Source: Bacteriovoracaceae bacterium
GTDB taxonomy: Bacteria; Bdellovibrionota; Bacteriovoracia; Bacteriovoracales; Bacteriovoracaceae
NCBI GenBank assembly: GCA_018649885.1
Contig: JABIHA010000095.1
Span: 1 to 39,135 of the forward strand
Reading direction: 5' to 3'
DNA: 39,135 nucleotides
Both the position numbers and the translations under genes were made by a program. The notes below the pieces were generated by a model. It had not been told where the DNA came from. It saw only the letters and a program-made list of their open reading frames with translations, and did not search any database. The stretch's first letter is position 1. The number at the start of each line of letters is the position of its first letter. Positions 9,329 to 18,883 of this stretch are shown piece by piece.

Positions 9329-9847
9329 TCAGTGGTATAGTGACCACTTATTAATGTATTGCTTGCAAAACCAGCCACTTGCTGCCTCTTTCTCTTCAGA
9401 CTGCAAAGTAACCTTACGCTTGTTTGGATTTCCTTCTTTCTTAGGAGAATATCCAAGTTTAAAAATAACTGAAGCTCTGCCTGTTGCTTCGTAAAGTTCA
9501 ATGAACTTGTCGACAGCAGCAGCACGTGTGCCCGCAGTTAAAAAATAAGTACCATTCCAATCTGCACCAGTAACAGGCTTCTTGTAGATATCAAGACCAG
9601 CGTAGTCTTCTTCTAGGAAGTCTTGGATTTCAAAATAAATCCACTGTGCAGGGTTTGCAGGTCCCTTAGAGTGATGACCGTCCAGACGAAATGCGTCCAG
9701 ATTTTCACCTCTCCATTCCTTGAGATGTCTATAGAGCGCGTCTAAAGACTTTAGAGAATCTCTCAAGAAAACTTGTTTAATTGCCTTTGATTTCTTTGAC
9801 TCAACAACTTCTGTTTGGGCCAATGCTTCGAAGGTAGAACTTTCCAT
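9329..9847 (-). CDS. Hypothetical cytoplasmic protein
   Basis: Monocistronic ORF with its own strong terminator; start placed at MESS after GGGGAAG; no recognised domain. Confidence 0.7.
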   Translation of the reverse strand: MESSTFEALAQTEVVESKKSKAIKQVFLRDSLKSLDALYRHLKEWRGENLDAFRLDGHHSKGPANPAQWIYFEIQDFLEEDYAGLDIYKKPVTGADWNGTYFLTAGTRAAAVDKFIELYEATGRASVIFKLGYSPKKEGNPNKRKVTLQSEEKEAASGWFCKQYINKWSLYH

Positions 9848-10043
9848 AACTTCCCCCAGTATTTTGTTCAAATAAAGTGAGGCTTTTTTATCACAATCAA
9901 TTTTTGAAAGTCATTCTGCTGTTAGCCTTAAATTTTTCATGAACAATATCACGCAGTTACACACACTTGTCTGCTGGGCGTCACGAGTAACCCATAGCAG
10001 AAATTCTTTGACAAGGCCCATTTGCAAGGCCAATGTGCATTGC

Positions 10044-10847
10044 ATGAACAAATATTTTACGGGAAAACTAGGTCAATACGAGCAGATTCAAACAGAAGAT
10101 GGCTCCCAAAGTATGATCAATCCTTATTTTTCTGAGGGACTTCATTCAATAGCAGGTGCAAAAACAGAAACTCTTTTTCAATATTGGGAAGGCTGCCAAA
10201 TGGAAGCACAATTTCTTTCACGCAGTAGCATTTCACTTTTAGAAGTTGGCTTCGGTATGGGCACGGGGCTACTAGCAACACTAGAACAAAGACAAAAGCT
10301 GCAGGCCCACGTAGGAAGCCCTTTAAAACTAAACTACCTTAGCTTTGAGTTGGATGACCTACTAGTTGAGCACAGCTTAAATAATTATTTTAAAAATATT
10401 TTTGAAAAAGTTGAGCTCATTACCACTGAACAATACAGTTACTATTCACTAAGAGCACCAAACTTTGAAGGTACCATTTTACTTGGTAACGGCCGGGAGG
10501 TTTTACCTAGTTTTCTAAAACAAACTTCCCACCCACCTTTTACCGCGATTTACCAAGATGCTTTTTCGCCTAGAAGAAATCCTTCTCTTTGGACAACTCA
10601 GTGGTTTGATACTCTTAGAGAATTTTCTAGCAGTGATGTTATCTTATCTACATATAGTTCTTCATTTTCCATTAGAAAATCCATGTTATTAAGTGGATTT
10701 TCTGTCATGAGTGCGAAAGGATATGGAAGGAAAAAATTCTCCACTAGGGCCTATTTAACTGGAGAGAGTGATCCGGAAATTTTGAGCTTACTTGAAAATG
10801 ATAAATTGGAAGCGCTATATGACTGTCAACTTAACGGAAAAATTTAA
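10044..10847 (+). CDS. mnmD: Stand-alone MnmC-type tRNA mnm5s2U34 methyltransferase domain
   Basis: TEDGS...PYFSEGLHS, LLEVGFGMGTG, YQDAFSPRRNPSLW, STYS and GYGRK motifs; start moved to MNKYF. Confidence 0.85.
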   Translation: MNKYFTGKLGQYEQIQTEDGSQSMINPYFSEGLHSIAGAKTETLFQYWEGCQMEAQFLSRSSISLLEVGFGMGTGLLATLEQRQKLQAHVGSPLKLNYLSFELDDLLVEHSLNNYFKNIFEKVELITTEQYSYYSLRAPNFEGTILLGNGREVLPSFLKQTSHPPFTAIYQDAFSPRRNPSLWTTQWFDTLREFSSSDVILSTYSSSFSIRKSMLLSGFSVMSAKGYGRKKFSTRAYLTGESDPEILSLLENDKLEALYDCQLNGKI

Positions 10848-11778
10848 AGATAATATTGTCTGTAAGGGTCTCGGCATCACTTACCCAATCATCCAAGGTG
10901 GAATGATTTGGGTCTCTGGATCTAAGCTTGCTGCAACTTGTTCAGAAAGTGGAATCCTTGGGACTATTGGCGCTGGAAGCATGACCCCCGAAGTATTAAA
11001 AGAGCATATATTGAAAGCTCAAAAACTTACTTCAAAACCTATCGCGGTCAATATCCCACTACTATATTCAAGGTGCCAGGAACAAATTGAAATCTGCTTA
11101 GAGCATGGAGTGAAAACCATCATCACTTCAGCAGGTAGCCCCAAAAAATTTACGACTCTGATTAAAAATGCTGGCCCAAAAGTCCTTCATGTCACTAGCA
11201 ATCCACTCCTTGCAAAAAAATGTGAAGACGCAGGAGTTGACATGGTTATTGCCGAAGGTTTTGAAGCTGGAGGTCATAATGGAAGAGACGAGCTGACCAC
11301 AATGGTGCTTATTCCCCAGGTTAGAAAAGCTGTCTCTATTCCTGTTATTGCGGCCGGCGGAATTGGTAGCGGCCAAAGTATCATGGCAGCTCTTTGTTTG
11401 GGTGCAGATGGAGTTCAGATTGGTTCCCTATTTGCTGCTGCCGTTGAAAGTAGCGCCCATGACCAATTTAAAAAGAAAATTACCGAGGCAGGATATGACT
11501 CAACTAGGTTGATGTTAAAAAATCTTGTGCCAGTAAGATTACTAGAAAATAATTTTTCCAAAAAAGTGGCCCTGCTTGAACAAAATGGTGCAAGTGAAGC
11601 TGAATTAAAAGAGCTACTGGGAAAGGGAAGATCAAAGCTAGGAATGTTTGACGGTAATATGGAAGAAGGTGAACTGGAAATTGGACAAATTGCTTGCTCA
11701 ATAGATCGTGTCAGTCGTGTTTCTGAAATAGTAGGAACTCTTTTGAGTGAACTTGGTAGCTCACTTATGCGCCTCTAG
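10819..11778 (+). CDS. Nitronate monooxygenase / FabK-like flavoprotein
   Basis: YPIIQGGM, SAGSP, AEGFEAGGH, IPVIAAGGI and LGADGVQIG motifs. Confidence 0.9.
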   Translation: MTVNLTEKFKDNIVCKGLGITYPIIQGGMIWVSGSKLAATCSESGILGTIGAGSMTPEVLKEHILKAQKLTSKPIAVNIPLLYSRCQEQIEICLEHGVKTIITSAGSPKKFTTLIKNAGPKVLHVTSNPLLAKKCEDAGVDMVIAEGFEAGGHNGRDELTTMVLIPQVRKAVSIPVIAAGGIGSGQSIMAALCLGADGVQIGSLFAAAVESSAHDQFKKKITEAGYDSTRLMLKNLVPVRLLENNFSKKVALLEQNGASEAELKELLGKGRSKLGMFDGNMEEGELEIGQIACSIDRVSRVSEIVGTLLSELGSSLMRL

Positions 11779-11784
11779 GGCAGC

Positions 11785-12189
11785 TTACGGCAAAAACTTG
11801 GCCTTTTCTTCTGCTGTTGGCAGCCTACAGCTATCCCTCTTCCCGAAAATTCGGTAGCGATTCCCCGCCACTTGATCGTATCCCCAGTCAGTTAAAAAAG
11901 TAGGGAAAATCCTTAATATTGCAATATACCTATAGGGCCTTTTAAGTTTTGAGAGAATATAAAAAACTGCTTTTGATTTTTTAAAAAATGATTGGTGAGT
12001 TTGCACTACAATGTAATCGATATTTTCTCTTAATTCATTTGGCAGGTTTTTTTTGGCCGTCTCACCTTGGAGTGATGCTACTAAAAAATGGGAGTCGTGA
12101 TCTGAGCTAAGTAAGAAATCCACAAATGTATTGCAAATATTGCAAACGCCATCAAAATAGACAATTTCTTGATTTATACCTGAACTCAC
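11785..12189 (-). CDS. DCC-family thiol-disulfide oxidoreductase (DUF393)
   Basis: YFDGVCNIC (DxxCxxC), ASLQ and YDQVAGNRYRIFG motifs. Confidence 0.9.
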   Translation of the reverse strand: MSSGINQEIVYFDGVCNICNTFVDFLLSSDHDSHFLVASLQGETAKKNLPNELRENIDYIVVQTHQSFFKKSKAVFYILSKLKRPYRYIAILRIFPTFLTDWGYDQVAGNRYRIFGKRDSCRLPTAEEKAKFLP

Positions 12190-12470
12190 TATTTCTCGTC
12201 CTTAATTTCTCTGAATGAAGCCTTCGATGCCCCAATGTTTTACTGCCCGCTCCATATCCCCTGGCAGCGCGCCATAAATTACCGATAAGGCCCAAAACTT
12301 CATAAACTATTATTCCTTATACACATAAAAAATCATACCACTCCTTAATTTCCCTCAAAACTCCATGCGGCATGCGTGAAAAGTTAAGATTTCCTATAAT
12401 TTCCGCATCATGACTAAGGGTGTTTTGTAAGTCGGTGGTGCAAATGATATTTTATATTTGGAGTTATTAC

Positions 12471-12872
12471 TTGGAAGCACAAGATTTCGTTTACGATCAA
12501 ACACATGAGGATGTTCAGCTAAGAATACGGCCGTTTTATATCCCCGAAAAGTCCGATGAAAAAAGCGGCGTGTTTTTCTATGCCTATCAAGTTGCCATCA
12601 CTAACTTGGCCTCACACCAAATCCAATTACTCATGAGAAGCTGGACCATCAGAAACGGTCACGGCGTCACTGAAAATATCCAAGGTAAAGGGGTTAACGG
12701 ACAAACCCCAATGATTGATCCGGGTGAGACATTTTATTATTCAAGCTTCTGTCCCTTGGCCACTCCCACTGGCAACATGAGAGGAAGCTACCTCTTCAAA
12801 GGCCACCGTGGAAACCACTTCAGTGTACCTGTACCGGTATTCTTCTTCAGAAAACCAGATACATTCCACTAA
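12471..12872 (+). CDS. apaG: ApaG protein
   Basis: FFYAYQVAITN, QLLMRSWTI, GKGVNG..P and YSSFCPLATPTGNMRGSY; probable TTG start after GGAG. Confidence 0.9.
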   Translation: MEAQDFVYDQTHEDVQLRIRPFYIPEKSDEKSGVFFYAYQVAITNLASHQIQLLMRSWTIRNGHGVTENIQGKGVNGQTPMIDPGETFYYSSFCPLATPTGNMRGSYLFKGHRGNHFSVPVPVFFFRKPDTFH

Positions 12873-12890
12873 TATATTTTTTTGATATAT

Positions 12891-13442
12891 CTACTTTTTT
12901 TGACTTACTTTTTTTCTAGTAGTTCGAGGATTTTTTGAGGTAGTTCGAGGACTTTTTGTGGTCCTTCCCCAAAAGCAATCTTCCTTGGTGATTGTATGAG
13001 AATAATCTGCTTCATCTCTTAAGATTGATGCCGTGGTTTCTTCAACAGAACAAATCTCAACCCTTACACCTTCACCTTTAAGGTGCCTTACAAGCTCTAC
13101 GTAATCTGAATCCCCAGACATGATGATAATGGTATCAACTTTTTTGGCCAGCTGTGTGGCCTTAATAGCAAGAGGGATATCGGCTGATTTGTGACAGGCA
13201 ACAGTGGAGCCATGAAAATTATTATGTAACCTCTCAGTTAGCTTTTTGGAAATACTCTTTCCCTCTCTAAAATACACCAGACGGTTTAATTGCCTGTTGT
13301 CGAGAAGTGAAGGTATTAAGGAATCAAAGTTGAGCATCACATTCTCATCTTTGTGCCTACTGTGAAGACTCATTTCGATATTATTGCCATCAACTAAAAT
13401 GGCCACGGACTGATTTATTGTAACTTGGATTGTTTCGCTCAT
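12891..13442 (-). CDS. NYN-domain (LabA/DUF88) protein
   Basis: ILVDGNN, KSADI, SGDSDY and GVRVE...ADY motifs; basic C-terminal tail. Confidence 0.88.
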   Translation of the reverse strand: MSETIQVTINQSVAILVDGNNIEMSLHSRHKDENVMLNFDSLIPSLLDNRQLNRLVYFREGKSISKKLTERLHNNFHGSTVACHKSADIPLAIKATQLAKKVDTIIIMSGDSDYVELVRHLKGEGVRVEICSVEETTASILRDEADYSHTITKEDCFWGRTTKSPRTTSKNPRTTRKKVSQKK

Positions 13443-13568
13443 GTATTTGATCTTACCTCTTAAGCTCAACAACTACAAATAGCTGAAATAGCTTTCAATG
13501 AGTGGGGAGATCTTTTCACCCTATCATTGCTGGGGCGCGCAAGGCAAAATAGATCTCAAGGAGTTTCT

Positions 13569-14216
13569 ATGGATGGTGAATTAAAAACTTTGATCGAGCA
13601 AATTCTCAAAAAACAAAAATCTCTGAGCTCAACTATCAGTTACTCTCCTTCTCTAGATATCAATACTCTCAAACAAAGTGGTACCCAACTACTGTCTCAG
13701 CATACCCAAGACTGCTCTGTTCAAAAAGCGTTGCTCAACCACTATTTCAATGCCACACTTTGGTCCCTTGAAGACAAGGCCCGTGACCCCAAGGCGCTAG
13801 ATTGTGAAATCGCGGCCGTAAAAAGAAAAATTGATAAGGTTAATCAGCTCAGAAATGATCAAGTAGAAGTGATAAATGAATTATTTTTAAACTTTCTTCC
13901 CCCACTCAACCAAAGTGCACCCATATTCTCAGAAACGCCAGGAAGTATCATAGACAGGCTATCAATCCTGAATCTCAAACTCTACTACACTAAAGAGCAA
14001 CTTTTAGACAAAAGTTCTGACTACGCTCATCTAAATACGTGCCACAAGAGAACTCAAATCCTAAATGATCAAATTTCAGATCTATTTCAAGGACTGATAT
14101 ACTTGATCAATAAAGTTTCTATTGGAGAGATGTCTTATAGACCATACTACCAACTAAAAATGTACAATGATGCCAACTTTAATCCTTACCTCAGTAATAA
14201 AGCTCGCCCTTACTAA
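13569..14216 (+). CDS. DUF4254-domain protein
   Basis: LWSLED.AR, KRKIDKVNQLRND, SETPGSIIDRLSILNLK and QLKMYND; AAGGAG SD. Confidence 0.85.
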   Translation: MDGELKTLIEQILKKQKSLSSTISYSPSLDINTLKQSGTQLLSQHTQDCSVQKALLNHYFNATLWSLEDKARDPKALDCEIAAVKRKIDKVNQLRNDQVEVINELFLNFLPPLNQSAPIFSETPGSIIDRLSILNLKLYYTKEQLLDKSSDYAHLNTCHKRTQILNDQISDLFQGLIYLINKVSIGEMSYRPYYQLKMYNDANFNPYLSNKARPY

Positions 14217-14245
14217 ATTACTTCTCAACATACCCATTTCTTCTA

Positions 14246-14269
14246 TATAATAATGACCAAGTCATTATT
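14246..14269 (+). promoter_or_regulatory. -10 box overlapped by a perfect 9-3-9 operator palindrome
   Basis: TATAAT at 14246-14251; AATAATGAC-CAA-GTCATTATT at 14249-14269. Confidence 0.7.
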
Positions 14270-14292
14270 TATTCAATTGGCGGGGGAAAATT

Positions 14293-15717
14293 ATGGGACA
14301 TGCAGGAGCTGCTCACCCTATTTACGATGCAATAATTGTAGGCTCTGGTGTTTCCGGATCATACGTGGCCTACGAGCTTTGTAAAAAGGGTTTAAATTGT
14401 CTTTTACTAGAGGCAGGACAAAACTTAAACAAACACACTTACCCAAGAACAGAAATGGATGGCAATGCCAACCTCTACTGGTCCGGGGGAATTGAGTTTA
14501 ATAAAAATGCATCCATTGGTTTTTTAAGACCTAAGGTGGTGGGCGGAGGCTCCATTGTCAATCAGGCCTTACTCGATCGCTTTGATGATATTGCCCTGGA
14601 TTCTTGGCGCGAAAAATCTTCAATTAACTTCTTAAATAGAACAGAGCTTGATCCATTTTATGACCTTGCTGAAGCAGAGCTCGCCATTGAAGAAATCCCT
14701 GAAAAGTATAGAAATGGTAATGCCAATATTTTTAAAGAGGGTTTTGATAAAAATGAATATAAGTGGGCCCCACTAAAGCGTGCTCAAAAAGATTGTAAAT
14801 ACGATCGTGGCAACGATTGCATCGAATGCCTAAATGGATGCAGACTCGATAGCAAGCAAAGCATGCCTGTGACTGTTCTCAAAAAGGCCCTCTCAGGAGA
14901 GCTCCCCGGAAAACTGACTATTGTTTCAGATTTTGAAGTGGGCACCGTCTCTCACGGTACAAGCGATAAAAAAATTGTTGGATTTTACAAAAATGGCGAT
15001 GTCGAAACCTTCAAAGCAAAGATTGTTGTCCTCGGTGCAGGATCAATGGGCAATACAAAAATTTTGACCCAAAGTGATTTTGGCAAAAAACTTAAATCCA
15101 TAGGCCATCACTTTTATACCCATCCACAATACATGGTACTTGCAAGATATGATAAAAAAATTAATGCCCATAAAGGCCCTCTTCAATCTCTTAAGTCTGA
15201 TGATCTAAACTTTAGACAAAATGGATTTAAGTTAGAGAATGTTTTTGCAGGTCCAGTGGCCATTTCTATGCTCCTTCCACAATGGGGAGACAATCACAGT
15301 AAAATCATGAATGACATCACCAAACTGGCCTGTATTGAAGTAGCAGTCAGGGATACAAATCCTGGAAAAATTTCTATTAATAGAAGTGGTAAAATAATTG
15401 TTGATAAAGTTCTAAACGGTGAAGATAAGCTTAGAAGATCAAAAGGCCTTAAGGCCATTGAAAATATTTTCAACTCTACAGGCGCCGTCGAAATTATTGA
15501 AGGTCAACTCCCAATAGGACTACATCTAATGGGCGGTTGCGGAATTGGAACGGACGGAAAATCAAGTGTGTTTAATCCAGAGTTTGAGCTCCACGATCAA
15601 AAAGGGATTTACGCTGCTGATTCAAGTATTTTCCCCAACGCCCCAGGAATAAACCCATCATTAACTATTATGGCACTAAGTATAAAATGTGCTGAACAAA
15701 TAACAGCGAGCATGTAA
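14293..15717 (+). CDS. GMC-family FAD oxidoreductase (long-chain alcohol oxidase-like)
   Basis: IVGSGVSG Rossmann motif, VGGGSIVN, C-x2-C-x2-GC, HLMGG and DSSIFP...GINPSLTIMA. Confidence 0.9.
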   Translation: MGHAGAAHPIYDAIIVGSGVSGSYVAYELCKKGLNCLLLEAGQNLNKHTYPRTEMDGNANLYWSGGIEFNKNASIGFLRPKVVGGGSIVNQALLDRFDDIALDSWREKSSINFLNRTELDPFYDLAEAELAIEEIPEKYRNGNANIFKEGFDKNEYKWAPLKRAQKDCKYDRGNDCIECLNGCRLDSKQSMPVTVLKKALSGELPGKLTIVSDFEVGTVSHGTSDKKIVGFYKNGDVETFKAKIVVLGAGSMGNTKILTQSDFGKKLKSIGHHFYTHPQYMVLARYDKKINAHKGPLQSLKSDDLNFRQNGFKLENVFAGPVAISMLLPQWGDNHSKIMNDITKLACIEVAVRDTNPGKISINRSGKIIVDKVLNGEDKLRRSKGLKAIENIFNSTGAVEIIEGQLPIGLHLMGGCGIGTDGKSSVFNPEFELHDQKGIYAADSSIFPNAPGINPSLTIMALSIKCAEQITASM

Positions 15718-17669
15718 TGGCATCAAAATACCTAGACAAGACTTCTCTTCGTGGACTAGAAAAAGTTGGAAATGTCCTGATTCCAGGAAATCAGCACTAT
15801 CCCAAATTTTCTCATTTGCGGACCCTTAGAAATATTGATCGTATCATTGGAGAGCTGCCTTCAGCGGACCTCACTGATTTGGCGCTATTTTTAAAAGTCC
15901 TGGCCTGGACGCCAAGTCTTTTTATAAAAGCATTATTCTGGCTTATCACCAAAAAAGACCTCTTTCCTGATTTCCTTGCAGGCCCTCTGAGGCTCATGGA
16001 TATTGGTCTTAAAGGAATTATCTACACATTATATTATTCGAACACGTCTCAAACAGAAAATATTTTAAAATCAATGGAATACTGTGCTGAAACACCATCT
16101 TATGAGGGAAGCCCAATGCAAACAAATACAGCTGCCATGACACCTGATGAAGGTAATTTAGAAAGTGGGTCAATTGATCTAGACAAAATTTTTGAAAAAG
16201 CCAAGAATGCCGGCTCACAAATTGGAAAACTGACAATTAGAGAAAGACTGGCTCCATTAATAGAACTTAAAGAGCTTGTTTTAGAAAGACAAGAAGAGCT
16301 CATAGATATAATCCAAAAAGAAACAAATAAATCTCGCTCAGATGCTCTTTTTTCCGAAATTTTTCCCATTGTGGACACGCTCCACTGGATGGAAGTAGAA
16401 GCTGAAAATATTTTGAAAGATAAGAAAGTTAAAACCCCAATAGTCCTTATGGGAAAAACCTCATATATCTATCATCAAGGGTTAGGAGTCGTACTTGTTA
16501 TATCTCCTTGGAACTACCCTCTCTTTCAAGCGCTAGTACCCATTGCCCACGCTCTTATTTGTGGCAATGCAGTCATATACAAACCTTCTGAGTTCACTCC
16601 ACTAAAAGGTGCCGTAGAGTCACTTTTAAACGACGCAGGAGTATCATCTGATTTAGTTCAAGTTATCTACGGCGGTGGAAAACTTGGAAGTGATCTAATC
16701 GAAAAAAGGCCAGACAAAATATTTTTCACAGGAAGTGTAGGAACTGGAAAAAAGATAATGCAACAGGCGGGCAAACATCTGATTCCCGTCGAGCTAGAAC
16801 TAGGCGGAAAAGACCCCATGATTGTTTTTGAAGATGCCAATATCCAAAGATCTGTCAAAGGAGCCGCTTGGGGGGCCATGACAAATGCAGGACAGTCCTG
16901 CACCTCTGTAGAAAGGCTCTATGTTCATGAGGATATCTATGAGAATTTTAAAAGTGAGCTGATTGTTGAAGTTGGCAAAATCAAACAACTAATTGACACC
17001 AACGGCAATAGCGATATTGGTCACATGACCAACTCACAGCAAGCAAAAAAAGTCAGGGCCTTAGTCCTCGACGCTGTGGCCAAAGGTGCAAAAGCTCTAA
17101 CAAATGAGTACTGGATAGAATCCCCAAAATCAGAGCTAGAAATACCCGCCATTGTCCTTGAAGGCGTTACCAGTGAAATGGAAATTTGGGACTGCGAAAT
17201 CTTTGGACCAATCCTCCCTATTTTTAAATTTTCATCAGAAATCGATGTCATCAATCGCGCCAATGATTCTTCGTTTGGACTCTCGGCGAGTGTCTGGACA
17301 GCAGATAAAACCAGGGCCACGAGAGTGACCAAATCACTTGAAACTGGCAATGTCTCAGTAAATAATGTGATGCTGACCGAAGGCAACCCATACCTCCCAT
17401 TTGGTGGAGTTAAAAATAGCGGCATAGGACGCTACAAAGGGGCCCATGGCCTTTTAAGCTTTTGCAATATCAAGTCTGTTCTCTTTGACGGTAATAGCTC
17501 TAAAGTTGAGGCCAATTGGTATCCGTATACCACAGAGAAATATCATCTTTTTGACAACTTAATGCAGGCCCTATTCAAAGGTGGAATTATGGGCCTTATT
17601 AAATTTGCCTTCTATGGTTTAAAACTAGAGATGCTCTCTGGGAAGTTGGGGAAAAAGGGTCGTGCATGA
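15717..17669 (+). CDS. Aldehyde dehydrogenase with a fused ~133-aa N-terminal helical domain
   Basis: ISPWNYP, KPSE, FTGS, LELGGKD, NAGQSC (catalytic Cys), EIFGP and PFGGVK; coupled to the GMC gene by TAATG. Confidence 0.92.
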   Translation: MASKYLDKTSLRGLEKVGNVLIPGNQHYPKFSHLRTLRNIDRIIGELPSADLTDLALFLKVLAWTPSLFIKALFWLITKKDLFPDFLAGPLRLMDIGLKGIIYTLYYSNTSQTENILKSMEYCAETPSYEGSPMQTNTAAMTPDEGNLESGSIDLDKIFEKAKNAGSQIGKLTIRERLAPLIELKELVLERQEELIDIIQKETNKSRSDALFSEIFPIVDTLHWMEVEAENILKDKKVKTPIVLMGKTSYIYHQGLGVVLVISPWNYPLFQALVPIAHALICGNAVIYKPSEFTPLKGAVESLLNDAGVSSDLVQVIYGGGKLGSDLIEKRPDKIFFTGSVGTGKKIMQQAGKHLIPVELELGGKDPMIVFEDANIQRSVKGAAWGAMTNAGQSCTSVERLYVHEDIYENFKSELIVEVGKIKQLIDTNGNSDIGHMTNSQQAKKVRALVLDAVAKGAKALTNEYWIESPKSELEIPAIVLEGVTSEMEIWDCEIFGPILPIFKFSSEIDVINRANDSSFGLSASVWTADKTRATRVTKSLETGNVSVNNVMLTEGNPYLPFGGVKNSGIGRYKGAHGLLSFCNIKSVLFDGNSSKVEANWYPYTTEKYHLFDNLMQALFKGGIMGLIKFAFYGLKLEMLSGKLGKKGRA

Positions 17670-18874
17670 TTTGGGAATATGAAAAGTTATCTTCATTAAA
17701 TAAGAAGATCGCTTTTCCCGCGCTATTTGTAGACTTAAATATTGTAGATCAAAATATTGAAAACTATACAAGTTACGCTATCAGGTATTCAAAAACGCTA
17801 AGGCTTGCAACAAAATCAATTCGAAATATTTGGCTTATAAAGTATATCCTAAAACGCTCTAATGTTTTTGAAGGAGTTATGTGCTACAGCGTTCATGAAG
17901 CACAACACCTATTTGATAATGGAATTGATGATCTCTTAATCGCTTATCCCCAAATTGATTTTGACTCACTTGCTGGACTTCTTGATCTTGCAAAAAAAGG
18001 GGCCAACTTCTCTATGGCCTGTGACCATAGCGAACAACTTTCTATCATAGATAAATATTGGAATGAATTCGCGGGAGACCTCCCCCCATTTCCCCTTTGC
18101 CTTGACCTCGATGTAAGCCTCAGGCCACTTCCATTCGTTCACATAGGAGCATTAAGATCATCAATTGTAGATATTGCCGGTCTTAAAGCTTGCATTGAAA
18201 AAGTAAACTCTTTAAATAATTTGAAAATTAAAGGCATACTTACCTATGAAGCACAGATAGCAAGCCTCCAAGACCAAAGTCCCTTCACCGTTTTATTAAA
18301 TCCCATAAAAAAACTCATTAAATCTTGGGCCATAAAAGATGTGAAAAAGAAAAGGGAAGAAATCACAAAATACCTAAAAGTTAGTGGCATTCAGTACGAC
18401 TACTATAATGGTGGTGGCTCAGGCTCTTTGCCCTATACTTCAAAAGAGCCTTGGATAAGTGAAGTCACTGTAGGCTCAGGCCTTCTCGAGTCCCATATAT
18501 TTGATTATATTTCGGATAATAAAAATCGCCCTGCCATAGTTTTTGGCCTCAATATAACCAGAAGACCAAAAAAAGGCGTTGTCACATGTCAAAGCGGTGG
18601 ATTTATAGCAAGTGGAGAAATGGGAAAAGATAAATTTCCACTCCCGTATAGGCCTGTGGGCATGAAGTACATCCCAATGGAAATGGCAGGGGAAGTTCAG
18701 ACTCCACTATCCGGACCCTGGGCAGACAAACTGAGTGTTGGAGACCCTGTCTTTTTTCGACCATCAAAGGCCGGAGAAATAGCAGAAAGATTTAATTTAT
18801 ATCACTTTTTAAGAGATGGTGAAGTTGAAAGTAGTGCGAGTACCTATAGGGGGGACGGTAAGGCTTTTTACTGA
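17666..18874 (+). CDS. Fold-type III PLP enzyme (alanine racemase / DSD1 / D-threonine aldolase-like)
   Basis: PALFVD, RLATKSIR (PLP lysine), DLLIAYP, TYEAQIA, NGGGSGS, EVTVGSG and GEVQTP; ATGA overlap. Confidence 0.85.
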   Translation: MIWEYEKLSSLNKKIAFPALFVDLNIVDQNIENYTSYAIRYSKTLRLATKSIRNIWLIKYILKRSNVFEGVMCYSVHEAQHLFDNGIDDLLIAYPQIDFDSLAGLLDLAKKGANFSMACDHSEQLSIIDKYWNEFAGDLPPFPLCLDLDVSLRPLPFVHIGALRSSIVDIAGLKACIEKVNSLNNLKIKGILTYEAQIASLQDQSPFTVLLNPIKKLIKSWAIKDVKKKREEITKYLKVSGIQYDYYNGGGSGSLPYTSKEPWISEVTVGSGLLESHIFDYISDNKNRPAIVFGLNITRRPKKGVVTCQSGGFIASGEMGKDKFPLPYRPVGMKYIPMEMAGEVQTPLSGPWADKLSVGDPVFFRPSKAGEIAERFNLYHFLRDGEVESSASTYRGDGKAFY

Positions 18875-18883
18875 AGGTAGTAA

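Noticed and set aside
9247..9525. Short ORFs spanning the 9266-9306 hairpin
   Set aside because: They run through a strong terminator and overlap the better-supported 9329-9847 gene.
12891..14216. NYN nuclease plus DUF4254 as a defence or toxin-antitoxin module
   Set aside because: The genes are divergent, both families are widespread, and there is no antitoxin-like partner or mobile context.
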